In this document: positions 17,799 through 26,575 of the stretch, piece after piece | How positions within the stretch are numbered: position 1 is the first letter of the stretch | Layout of the letters: every line of letters begins with the position of its first letter | Origin: a virus | Taxonomy: Duplodnaviria; Caudoviricetes | Reading direction: 5' to 3' (one strand) | Virus record (IMG/VR): IMGVR_UViG_3300042540_000801 | Coordinates: 1 to 50,441 of that record | Length of the DNA: 50,441 nt | Position numbers and translations under genes: made by a program | The notes under the pieces: model-generated | What the model was told of the DNA's origin: nothing | Databases searched by the model: none | What the model saw: the letters and a program-made list of their open reading frames with translations, nothing else

Positions 17799-17975
17799 CT
17801 ATCTAGTAAAGCACCGCCGCCGGATCTCCGAGGCGGGGATGACGGACTTGTCCGTCGCGCCGCACCGCGGGCAGCGCAGGTATCGCACCTGGCTGTCGCC
17901 GCGGCTCTGGCTGGAAACGACACCGAGGACGCCGCGCCTGCACGCGGCACAGGTGTCACCCGATTTTGCGGCCAT
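17799..17975 (-). CDS. Small zinc-ribbon protein (Ogr/Delta-like pattern)
   Basis: CAAC...V.SS......RYLRCPRCG. Confidence 0.65.
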   Translation of the reverse strand: MAAKSGDTCAACRRGVLGVVSSQSRGDSQVRYLRCPRCGATDKSVIPASEIRRRCFTR

Positions 17976-18987
17976 GCTGTTGGAGGAACTTTCGGATGTC
18001 GGCCATGTGCCGACGAGCGACGATGAGGCGACTGGTCGCCAACTGCCGGCCGGCGACGTGCTGCTCGTAACTGCGGCGGGCCACGCCGACGTCTGCGTCG
18101 GGGTACGCGGGGAACGTGACCGGCCCGACATCCAGCAGGCGGTCGATCCGCTTCACGATTCTGGTGGAGCGGCCTTCTTCGACCGTCCACTCTTCCCCGC
18201 CTTTTGCGATGGTGAACGCGAAACTTGAGCCACGGATGTCGCCTCTCCTGATGCTCTCGACGACGCCCTGCTGCGAGACTGGGGGCAGGACTTCGTAGCG
18301 GAGGCCGCGATCGTCGACGAAGAGCTTGAGCGTGGTCGGGTAGCGGCCGAGGACCACGTTGGGGTCGTGGTTGAACAGGGCGCGGGTCTCGAGCGGGACG
18401 CGGCGGCCACGCCGCTCGGACACCAGGCCGAAGGCGGTCGGGTCGATCCGCTCCACGAAGTCTCCGAGGTCGAGGCTGCGGACGCCGAACCGTGCCGCGT
18501 AGCCGACGATCCAATCGCGTTCGGTCTCGTCGCCGTTCTCGTCGCACTCGCAGCGGCGTTCGACGGTGAGGAGGTCGGTGGCCGTCTCCGCTTCGTCGAT
18601 GACAAGAGAGCGTCGCTCGATCTGCATGGCGTGACTCCTTTCGCCGTTGTCTGCAGCTTCCATCTGCCGGACCAGTTTCTTGGCCCACGACCAACCGGGA
18701 TCTCCGCCCCACAAGGCCCAGGCGATTCTCCCGGCGGATGGGAAGCCGTCTTCGCCGGGGGACCAGCCTTGTCCCTGCTTGTCGACTTCGTGGCGGTCGA
18801 AATAGGCCTTCATCCGCTTGGCAGTTGATGGGCTGATCTGCGTGCCGTTGCCGAGGTCGCGGGCGCGGGCCACGCCCACGGCGGTGCCGCCGCGGTTGAA
18901 CTCTTTGCGCCAGGCCAGACCGCGATCCGCTTCCTTGCGGACGCCGGCCGGCGGCGTGAAGTCGATGTGATCGTATTTCCCTGCCAT
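17956..18987 (-). CDS. HK97-type prohead protease with extra N-terminal domain
   Basis: GYAA.F, F.ERI...AF, LFNHD, GSSFAF, DVGPVTFPAY. Confidence 0.9.
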   Translation of the reverse strand: MAGKYDHIDFTPPAGVRKEADRGLAWRKEFNRGGTAVGVARARDLGNGTQISPSTAKRMKAYFDRHEVDKQGQGWSPGEDGFPSAGRIAWALWGGDPGWSWAKKLVRQMEAADNGERSHAMQIERRSLVIDEAETATDLLTVERRCECDENGDETERDWIVGYAARFGVRSLDLGDFVERIDPTAFGLVSERRGRRVPLETRALFNHDPNVVLGRYPTTLKLFVDDRGLRYEVLPPVSQQGVVESIRRGDIRGSSFAFTIAKGGEEWTVEEGRSTRIVKRIDRLLDVGPVTFPAYPDADVGVARRSYEQHVAGRQLATSRLIVARRHMADIRKFLQQHGRKIG

Positions 18988-19052
18988 GGCTTCCGTGCCT
19001 TGGGGTCTTTGTCGATGGTAGCGGCCAGAGGCCGATGCTTTGCGTGCCGCGG

Positions 19053-19295
19053 TCAGGGCGACGGCGGCGGGGGAGGAGGCGGCGAACTGGCGGTTGCTTC
19101 CTTCTCGGCGGCGACGGCCTGCCGGTAGGCTTCGTCGGGATCGACGCCGGCCAGGAGCAGGCGGGCCAGTTCCCGCATGCCGATGGAGCTTTTGAGGTCG
19201 CGGCGCCACTCGGCCAGGCCCTCCTCGCCAAACTTGACGACGCGGATGCCGGCCGCCGTGTCGACGTCTTGCTTGTCTTGTTCTTCTGGGGTCAT
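19053..19295 (-). CDS. Small hypothetical protein downstream of the effector polyprotein
   Basis: ATGA overlap with upstream stop; 80 aa. Confidence 0.6.
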   Translation of the reverse strand: MTPEEQDKQDVDTAAGIRVVKFGEEGLAEWRRDLKSSIGMRELARLLLAGVDPDEAYRQAVAAEKEATASSPPPPPPPSP

Positions 19296-21991
19296 GGATG
19301 CCACCCGATGTGCTCGAGGTCGACGAACAGCCGCGGCTTGCCGCTGATCCATCTCCATTCTTTCGATTTCAGGCGGAATTGCGAGCGGCGGGGGAGGAGG
19401 ACTTCGGCTTCGCTCTTGTGGGCGCTGATGCCTTGGATGTTGAGGCCGTACTTTGTCGTGATACGCATGGCGATGCCGGGGGCTTCTTTGTTGCCGGAAC
19501 TCCATGACTCGCCCATGTCGCGACGGGTGGAGCAGGACAGGTATCCCGTGTCCTGCCAGACGGCTCCGACAGCGAGCTTGTCGATCTGCGTGGCGACGCT
19601 GTGGCCGACGCCGCGGTAGAGGGTTTTCGTTTCGCTGTGCGCGGCGATGCGGGTGACGGCGTCGAGGGCGGCCACCTTGAGCGCGACGTGCTGCGGCATC
19701 TTGCCAAGTTCCGAGATGCTGCCGCCCGTGTTGGATTCGTACTGCCGCAATAGGTTGTTGATCTCTTTGTAGTGTGAGCCGGTGTACTGCTGGATGGCCT
19801 CCCTGGCGATTGGCATGGCCTTGATCGCGGCGGCTTGCACTTCGAGCACGGGCGGGTTGGGGACCGTGTGCTGCCAACTGTCTGGCGAGTTGGTTGGCAG
19901 CTTACCCGGTGGCGGCTTGCCGGGCGTGGCGCTGGCTCCGGCCTTCGTCGGCTCGGGCTGGACGGCGGGGGCGTCCTTGTCCGCGACGGGCTTGGGCGGC
20001 TCCTGCGGCTTGGGCGTGGACTTGGGTGCTTCCGGCGGCGGGTTGACCTTGTTGACGCCCGAGACGTTGGCGTTGGCGCCGGGCGGCGGAGGAGCGAGCA
20101 GGCCGGCGGCCATCGCCTTCTCGCCCGCGTAGATGCCGGGATCGTTCTTGAGCGCGGTCGGCGATCCGATGTTGTCGGGGTGGATGGGGTCGATGCTGTA
20201 CTGCGTGCAGAGGGCATTGAAGCTGTTGGGCGTTCCGGCGGTCTTCTCGCTGATGGCGTTCTTGAGCGTTTGCTGGGCGGCCGACTTGGCGGTCTTGGCG
20301 CTGGAGCCTTCGGTCTTGAACTTGGCGACCAGCACGCCGTAGAGCTTGGCGTGGGCGACCGTCATCATGAGGTCCTTGGGGTAGCCCTTCTTCTCCATCC
20401 AGGCACCGGCTTTCTTGCCGCTGCCGAGGGTGGCCGCGGCGTCGCCGGCGCCGCCCTTGGCGCAGGTGTTCGCCTCGCCGAAGCCGCCGGATCCCGTGCC
20501 GCAGTTGCGGGTCTCGAGCGATCGCTTGCTCTTCTTGGGATCGACCTGATCGGCGACAACCATGTAGACGCCTTCTTTGCTTTGCGTCACTGACACCACC
20601 TTGAAACTGGCTCGCCGAGTGATGTATTCCGGCTGGCTGGCTCCCTCGGAGATGTCGCGGGCGTCGACGAGCCGCGTGCGGATGATGATGCCAGTGCCGC
20701 CCGTGCCGGTTTCGTTGGGGTCCGCGTATTGCATGGCGGTCCCCTTGCTGCCGAAGGATGAGACGCCTTTGATGTTGAAGGACTCTTGCTTGATGAACGC
20801 GTCGGCGGCGTTGTTGTCGAGGATCATGCCGCGGTAGGCGAGGCCGTCGTATCGCGGCATCTTGGCGAGGGCCGATAGCAGCGCGGGGCTGGCCTTGCCT
20901 TGCTCGTCGAGTTCACGGTGCGGGGTGGCGTCGTTGGTCCAGTCCCCGATCGCGTTTTCTTCTTCGCGGGTCAGGGGGCCGGAAGCGGAAGGCCACCGGT
21001 CGCCGTCGTCGGTGCTGCCGTCGCCGCCGGCGCACTTGTTGCCCGGCTTGAATCCGCCGGCGCCGCTTCCGCAGTCGCGGGCCTCGGAGCGGGCGTCGCC
21101 GTTCTTCTTGGCCCAGGCCGCCATGTAGTCGAGCCGCGCCTTCATCGTGTCGCGGTGCTTGGCCGGGGTGGCGGCGAGGATGGCCTTGCGCCGCTTCTCA
21201 AGGCCGCCGATCTGCTTGGCGACGTCGGCATCCGAGAGCTTGCCGAAGATCGGCTTGCCTTGGTCGCTCGTCCGCATGGAGGTGATCTCGCCGACTTCCG
21301 GGCCGAACGCCTTGGGCTTGCCCTGCGCGCGGAAGTCGAGGGAGCCGCCATTGTCGATCCGCATGGGCGGGCGGCCGTCTGACGGGACGACGATGTTGTC
21401 GCGGGCCAGGCCGATGACGTCCCAGTTGGCGAGCAGGGCGTCGGCGGCGAAGTTTTCGCGGAGCGAGGCCGCGGCCTTCTCGAAGTCGCTGCCGCGGAGC
21501 TTGTCGAGGGTCGGGCCGGGGACATACTCGGTGACCTGCACCGGCTTACTGCCGGACTCGTCGAGGCGATGAGCCGGAACCGGGGCGCCGGCCGCGCGGT
21601 AGATGTCGTTGGCGGCCGACTCGCTGCGGACGTGCTCGGAGGAGTTGCCGCCCTTGATGACGAACTGGTTGCCGTTCTTGTCCTCGGCCAGCATCGCCCC
21701 GGTGGAGCCGCCGAGCCGCTTGGTGACCTTGAGCTCGCTGGCCGGCGGGATGTCGCCCTGTTTCTTGCCGCCGGGGGCATCGCCGCCGTCGCCGTCGCCG
21801 CCGGCCGCGCACTTGTTGCCGGGCTTGAAGCCGCCCGCTCCGCTGCCGCAGTCGCGGTAGGCGGCGAGCATGTCGCGGCGCTTGACCCGCTGCCGCTTCT
21901 TGAGGGCGTCGAGGATGTGCTGCGGCTTCTGCCAGCCGGGAGGAGCGAGCGAGGCTTCGGAGCCGACGAACTTGTCGAGGTTGGCGGTCAT
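19292..21991 (-). CDS. Multidomain effector: HipA/PI3K-like kinase, two VIP2-like ADP-ribosyltransferases and an unknown domain
   Basis: LGGSTGA..VIK..E..NWD..DN..IDNG; AYRG/SSFGS/QPE; LYRG/SCST/EAEVLL; three CGxGxGGF..xNxC tags. Confidence 0.8.
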   Translation of the reverse strand: MTANLDKFVGSEASLAPPGWQKPQHILDALKKRQRVKRRDMLAAYRDCGSGAGGFKPGNKCAAGGDGDGGDAPGGKKQGDIPPASELKVTKRLGGSTGAMLAEDKNGNQFVIKGGNSSEHVRSESAANDIYRAAGAPVPAHRLDESGSKPVQVTEYVPGPTLDKLRGSDFEKAAASLRENFAADALLANWDVIGLARDNIVVPSDGRPPMRIDNGGSLDFRAQGKPKAFGPEVGEITSMRTSDQGKPIFGKLSDADVAKQIGGLEKRRKAILAATPAKHRDTMKARLDYMAAWAKKNGDARSEARDCGSGAGGFKPGNKCAGGDGSTDDGDRWPSASGPLTREEENAIGDWTNDATPHRELDEQGKASPALLSALAKMPRYDGLAYRGMILDNNAADAFIKQESFNIKGVSSFGSKGTAMQYADPNETGTGGTGIIIRTRLVDARDISEGASQPEYITRRASFKVVSVTQSKEGVYMVVADQVDPKKSKRSLETRNCGTGSGGFGEANTCAKGGAGDAAATLGSGKKAGAWMEKKGYPKDLMMTVAHAKLYGVLVAKFKTEGSSAKTAKSAAQQTLKNAISEKTAGTPNSFNALCTQYSIDPIHPDNIGSPTALKNDPGIYAGEKAMAAGLLAPPPPGANANVSGVNKVNPPPEAPKSTPKPQEPPKPVADKDAPAVQPEPTKAGASATPGKPPPGKLPTNSPDSWQHTVPNPPVLEVQAAAIKAMPIAREAIQQYTGSHYKEINNLLRQYESNTGGSISELGKMPQHVALKVAALDAVTRIAAHSETKTLYRGVGHSVATQIDKLAVGAVWQDTGYLSCSTRRDMGESWSSGNKEAPGIAMRITTKYGLNIQGISAHKSEAEVLLPRRSQFRLKSKEWRWISGKPRLFVDLEHIGWHP

Positions 21992-24522
21992 GCGTTTTTG
22001 TAGTCCTCGTCTTCGTCCACGTAGAGGAACCACTTGGTGCTAGTCTTCACGGCCCGCGTGATCCGCATCTTCGACGGCGGGCGGATGACTTCGCTCTCGT
22101 CCAGGCTGTCGCGGTGGTTGACGTAGCCGACCCGCGGCGCGCGGGAGACGAGCACGACGCCCTTGTTGAACTCGCTGCCGCCGCTGAAACTGCCGGCCGT
22201 GCGGCGGGAGGTGGTCCAGCTGTTGACGCCGCTGTGCGACACGTAGCCGTCCTTGAGCAGGGCGTCGACGGCGTCGTCGTTGAGCTTGAGCCCGCGGTAG
22301 AGCTGCATGCAGCAGCCGAGCGTCGAGGCGGCCGTGCCGGCTTCGAGGACCTTGGTCATTTCGCGGATGGCGTCCTCGCGGGCCGATTCCCGCATCTGGT
22401 CGTATTCCTCTTCGATCTCTTGGGTGCGATCGGCGATCCACTCTTGCTTGACCTCTTCCTGCTCGTCTGGGGTGAGCGAATCCCACTTGTCGTTGTAGTA
22501 GTCGACTTTGTCGACGCCGTCCCACTCGCTTTCGAGCTCGTCGACTTTCTCGTTGATGAGTTGCCGCTCGGTCTCGGAGTCGATGGTCCCGTACTCCGTG
22601 CCATAGGAGTCGATGACGTCGCCGTCGGTGCCGCCGCCGCTGACGGACTCGGTGAAGTAGGCGTAGCCGTCGCCGGTGTAGGCGAGCAGCGCGCCTTCGT
22701 CGTCGGAGAGGTCGGCGTGGTCCTGCAGTTCCTTGGCGTCGCTGAAGTCGGTGACGAGCCCGCGGTCTTTGCCGTCGCCCTCGACTTCGTCGAGGTAGGT
22801 CTGGGCGTCGGTGACGCTCCGGTCGGTGACGACGATCTCGCCGCCGCCGCTCTGGACGGTCTTGGACTGCCCCTCTTCGTCGTCGCGGGCCGTGCCGGGG
22901 GAGGTCGGATCTGGCTCGCTGTCGTCGCCGCCGTCGCCGTCGTCCCCGGCGCACTTGTTGCCGGGCTTGAAGCCGCCGGCGCCAGTGCCGCAGTCGCGGG
23001 ATTCGGCGCGGGCGGCGGGTGGCGATTGGGGAGCCTGGGGCTCGCCAGGAGGGCCGCCCGGGCCGGGGCCTGGGTCATTTGTCGGGCCTTCCGGTGCGGC
23101 CCCAGGGGGCTCGCCAGGGGCTCCCGGGTGGGGCTGGGCGGGGGTGACGCCGGCCACGATGGCGGTGGCGGTGGTGCGAGGCATGGCTGGGAAGACGCTG
23201 CCGATGATCGACACGGCGGCGTCCGGGGCCACCGTCCCGGCGCCGACCTGTTCGAGGATGGCCAGCAGGCCGCCGACGTCGGCCGTGGGCTGGGCGGGCT
23301 GCTCGGCCGTGGGCTGCTCGGCGGCCTGCGGGTCGGGCTGCGGCTTGGACGCGTTGGTGAGCGTCTGCATGTTGAGCTGCACGAACCGCTCGTCGCCACC
23401 TTCGACGGGGTTGAGGTTCTCCCAGCCGCGGATCTCGTTCACGCTGGCGACGCCGAGCGAGGCGAGCGTGCTGTAGTAGCTCGCCCGGGCGCTGGCGTCG
23501 CCGCGGAGCATGCCCCGCGTGTCGAACTCGGCGAAGATGTTGTCGTCGGTGATGAGGTCGCGAGTGAACGCGGTTTCGAACCGGCGGAGCCAGCCGAGCA
23601 GGGTGTGCTGGATGAAGTCCAGGCTTTGCTGTTCGATGTTCGAGAATGACGAGCGCGTAAGGTCGCCCACGAGATGCGGCGGAACGCGAAAGATGCGGCA
23701 GATCTCTTCAGTCTGGAACCGGCGGCTTTCGAGGAACTGGCTCTCCTGATTCGAGGCGCCGCCGAGCTCGACGGGCTTGAGGCCGCCGCTGAGGACCGCC
23801 GTGCGGTTGGCCCGGTCGCTGCCGCGGTGCATCCGCTCCCAGTTGTCTCGGAGGGCGACGGCCGCCTGCTGGTCGAGCTCGTTGTCCGTGGTGAGGACGA
23901 AGCCGGGGCGGGCGCCGTTCGCGAAGAAGCTCGACCCGTGGATCTCGCAGGCGCGGGCCAGGGCGATGGCGTCGCGGGCCAGTTCGATCGGAACCATGCC
24001 CAGAACGCCGTCGTTGCTCAGCCACCGCAGGTGCATGATCTGGTCTTGCGTGTAGACCGTCTGCGACCCGTTCGGCTCGCGGTAGGTGTAGCGGAGCCGG
24101 CCGTTTTCCAGCCGCTCGCAGGCCATCCGCGAGGGGTGCAGGGGGATGAGGGCCGACACCGCGCCGCGCTTCCCGGCCCGGATTTCGTTGTAGGCGTTGC
24201 CGTGCAGGCCGAGGTGCAGCATCTGCTGCTCCCGCCACTCGAAGCTCGTCTGCCAATCGTTCGGGGCGACGTGGAGGACGTGGTAGAGCGGATGCTCGCG
24301 GGCGATCTCCTTGCCGCCGTCCGGCCGCCGGCGGTAGAGGTGGAGCGGGAGCCCGGCGACGCCCTCGGCCAGGACGCGGAGGCAGCCGAGGACCACGGTG
24401 CAGCGGAGGGCGGTGTCGGCGTTGACCCTGACCCCGGCCGCCGTGCGGCCCGAGAGGTCGTCATCCAAGGATCGGGTCTCGACGTCGCCGGGGAGCCAGA
24501 GGATGCGGTTGGGGGCGATCAT
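21988..24522 (-). CDS. HK97-family portal protein with C-terminal ADP-ribosyltransferase extension
   Basis: LHGNAY, FFANGARP, FRVPPHLVG, SNIEQQ, NEIR.WENL.P; then Pro linker, tag, LYRG/SWTTS/ESEVI. Confidence 0.9.
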   Translation of the reverse strand: MIAPNRILWLPGDVETRSLDDDLSGRTAAGVRVNADTALRCTVVLGCLRVLAEGVAGLPLHLYRRRPDGGKEIAREHPLYHVLHVAPNDWQTSFEWREQQMLHLGLHGNAYNEIRAGKRGAVSALIPLHPSRMACERLENGRLRYTYREPNGSQTVYTQDQIMHLRWLSNDGVLGMVPIELARDAIALARACEIHGSSFFANGARPGFVLTTDNELDQQAAVALRDNWERMHRGSDRANRTAVLSGGLKPVELGGASNQESQFLESRRFQTEEICRIFRVPPHLVGDLTRSSFSNIEQQSLDFIQHTLLGWLRRFETAFTRDLITDDNIFAEFDTRGMLRGDASARASYYSTLASLGVASVNEIRGWENLNPVEGGDERFVQLNMQTLTNASKPQPDPQAAEQPTAEQPAQPTADVGGLLAILEQVGAGTVAPDAAVSIIGSVFPAMPRTTATAIVAGVTPAQPHPGAPGEPPGAAPEGPTNDPGPGPGGPPGEPQAPQSPPAARAESRDCGTGAGGFKPGNKCAGDDGDGGDDSEPDPTSPGTARDDEEGQSKTVQSGGGEIVVTDRSVTDAQTYLDEVEGDGKDRGLVTDFSDAKELQDHADLSDDEGALLAYTGDGYAYFTESVSGGGTDGDVIDSYGTEYGTIDSETERQLINEKVDELESEWDGVDKVDYYNDKWDSLTPDEQEEVKQEWIADRTQEIEEEYDQMRESAREDAIREMTKVLEAGTAASTLGCCMQLYRGLKLNDDAVDALLKDGYVSHSGVNSWTTSRRTAGSFSGGSEFNKGVVLVSRAPRVGYVNHRDSLDESEVIRPPSKMRITRAVKTSTKWFLYVDEDEDYKNA

Positions 24523-26138
24523 AGGATCAGGATGTCCGGCTTCGGCGCGGTCTCGACGGGCTGGTGCGAGGTCAGGCCGCCGAGGGCCATGACGAGCGAC
24601 ACGATGCCGTCGATTCGCTTGGGTGATCCTGGCTTCGGCTTGATGGGGCGAATGTTTCCGTTGCTGTCCGTCTTGATCGAAACGTTGGAGGCCATCCATC
24701 CGAGAACGAGATTGCCCGCGTGCCTGAGCTTCTTGCTGGCGAGCAAGTTCTCAAGCATTTTCGAGGGTGGGCTCATGCTGCCGATGCCCTGAGAAAACCC
24801 TACCACTTCATGCCCGGCCCCTTGAAGTTGCAGGGCGAGCTGGGTCGCGTTCCATCTGTCGATGCAAATCTTGCGGACGTTGTAGGTCTCGGCGAAGGCG
24901 GTGATGTCCCGGAAAATGACGTCGTAGTCGGTGACGTTCCCGTCCGTGAACTTGAGGCCGTTGGCCGGGTTTTCCGCCCACTTCGTGTAGGGGACGCCGT
25001 CGCGCCGCTCGCGCTCGAGGGCGTTGTCGCCGGGGATCCAGAACTGACAGAGGACGTCGAAGGTGCCGTCCTCCGCGGGGAACACGGCGACCATCGCCGA
25101 GGTGTCGAACGTGGTGGCGAGGTCGAGTCCCACGACGCACTCCCGGCCCTTGAGCGGCCCGGGCGGCGGCAGGGCGCAGGCCTGCCAGGCGTCCATCTTC
25201 AGCCAGGCCGTATCCTGGGCGGTCCAAGAGTTGAGCCGGTATCGCTTGAAGGCGTTTTCCTTGCTGACCGAGAGCGTCGACTCCTTGAAGTCGGCTTCGA
25301 AGTCCTTGGGGTCGATGGTCTCCCGCCACGATGGGTTGGCCCGCGGCCAGAGGGCCGGGTCGGTCCAGTCGGCCGATTCCTCGACTTCGTGGATGCAGGG
25401 GAAGAACTGCGGGTCGTAGCGCCAGTCGCGGAGGACGTTCTTGGCGTACATGTACTGCTCGTAGCAGATGCTCGTGCGGTCGTAGCCCGCCGTGGTCGTG
25501 GAGCAGAGCAGCGGCTGCGCTCGAGCGGCGCCGCCGAAGCGGAGCGAGTCCCAAAGCCTCCGGTCCCGCTGGCTATGGAGCTCGTCGAACAGGCAGCCGT
25601 GGATGTTCAAGCCTTCGGCGCGGAAACTGTCGCCGCTCAGGACCCGCCAGAACGAGGCCGTCTTGCGGTAGGTGATGGTGCGGCGCGAGTCGATGACTTC
25701 GAGCACGCGGGCCAGCTGCGGTGAGGCGCGCACCATGTTGCTGGCCTCTCTGGCCACGATGGATGCCTGGTCGCGATCGCTGGCCGCCGAGAAGATCTCG
25801 GCGCCGCCCTCGTTGTCGGCCATGAGCAGATAGAGCCCGATGCCGGCGAGGATGGTGCTCTTGCCATTTTTTTTGGCGGTGCTGATGTAGGCGACCCGGT
25901 AGCGGCGCATGTCGTTGTCGACTCGCACCCAGCCGAAGAGCTCCTCGAGCATCCCCCGCTGCCAGGCGAGCAGCGTGAACGGCTTGCCGGCGAAGCGGCC
26001 CTTGGAGTGGCAGAGGTAGTTTTCGAAGAAGCGGACGACGTGCGAGCCGCGCTGCTCGTTGTAGTACCACTCAAGCCCCTGCGCTGTCGCGTCGCTCTTC
26101 GATAAACGAGCTAAGCGGGTCGTCGTGTCTGTCTGCAT
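24519..26138 (-). CDS. terL: Terminase large subunit
   Basis: KKNGKST Walker A, LFDELH Walker B, GLDLA and RIDG nuclease motifs. Confidence 0.95.
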   Translation of the reverse strand: MQTDTTTRLARLSKSDATAQGLEWYYNEQRGSHVVRFFENYLCHSKGRFAGKPFTLLAWQRGMLEELFGWVRVDNDMRRYRVAYISTAKKNGKSTILAGIGLYLLMADNEGGAEIFSAASDRDQASIVAREASNMVRASPQLARVLEVIDSRRTITYRKTASFWRVLSGDSFRAEGLNIHGCLFDELHSQRDRRLWDSLRFGGAARAQPLLCSTTTAGYDRTSICYEQYMYAKNVLRDWRYDPQFFPCIHEVEESADWTDPALWPRANPSWRETIDPKDFEADFKESTLSVSKENAFKRYRLNSWTAQDTAWLKMDAWQACALPPPGPLKGRECVVGLDLATTFDTSAMVAVFPAEDGTFDVLCQFWIPGDNALERERRDGVPYTKWAENPANGLKFTDGNVTDYDVIFRDITAFAETYNVRKICIDRWNATQLALQLQGAGHEVVGFSQGIGSMSPPSKMLENLLASKKLRHAGNLVLGWMASNVSIKTDSNGNIRPIKPKPGSPKRIDGIVSLVMALGGLTSHQPVETAPKPDILIL

Positions 26139-26574
26139 GGATCGTCACCTGAGAGCGGCTGCTGGGGGTGAGGCCGAACTCCTGCTCGATGCGGAGCAGG
26201 ATGGCGGCGAGCTTGGTCATCTGGCTGGCGTAGGGCGACACCTGGATGTGCTTGATCTCGCCTGTCGAGTCCTTGAACCGGATGACGTCGAGGCCGGCCT
26301 TGACGGCGTCGTAGTTCCGCTTCCACTGTTCCCAGATGGCGCAGTAGCGGGCGAGGGTCTCGGTGTCCGCGAGCGTCAGCACCCGCATGGCGGCGAGGAC
26401 CGGGACGGTGGTCTGCCACTTCTGGAGCGCCTGGCCCTCGAGCCAGGCCGGCGGCTCGATGTCCGGAGCCGCCAGGTCGGGCGTCGGCTCGCTCGGATTG
26501 AGCGTCCCCTTGCTGGGATTGCCGCGGATGTACTTGAGGATCGACGGTTCTGGCGGCGGTCCACGCTTGCCCAT
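26071..26574 (-). CDS. terS: Terminase small subunit (P27 family)
   Basis: MGKRGPPP..GNP.K, PPAWL, EFGLTPSSR. Confidence 0.92.
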   Translation of the reverse strand: MGKRGPPPEPSILKYIRGNPSKGTLNPSEPTPDLAAPDIEPPAWLEGQALQKWQTTVPVLAAMRVLTLADTETLARYCAIWEQWKRNYDAVKAGLDVIRFKDSTGEIKHIQVSPYASQMTKLAAILLRIEQEFGLTPSSRSQVTIHADRHDDPLSSFIEERRDSAGA

Positions 26575-26575
26575 G

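Noticed and set aside
16307-19231. 974-aa giant capsid fusion
   Set aside because: Upstream part is Arg/Pro-rich off-frame sequence overlapping the protease gene; SD-supported GTG start is at 17695.
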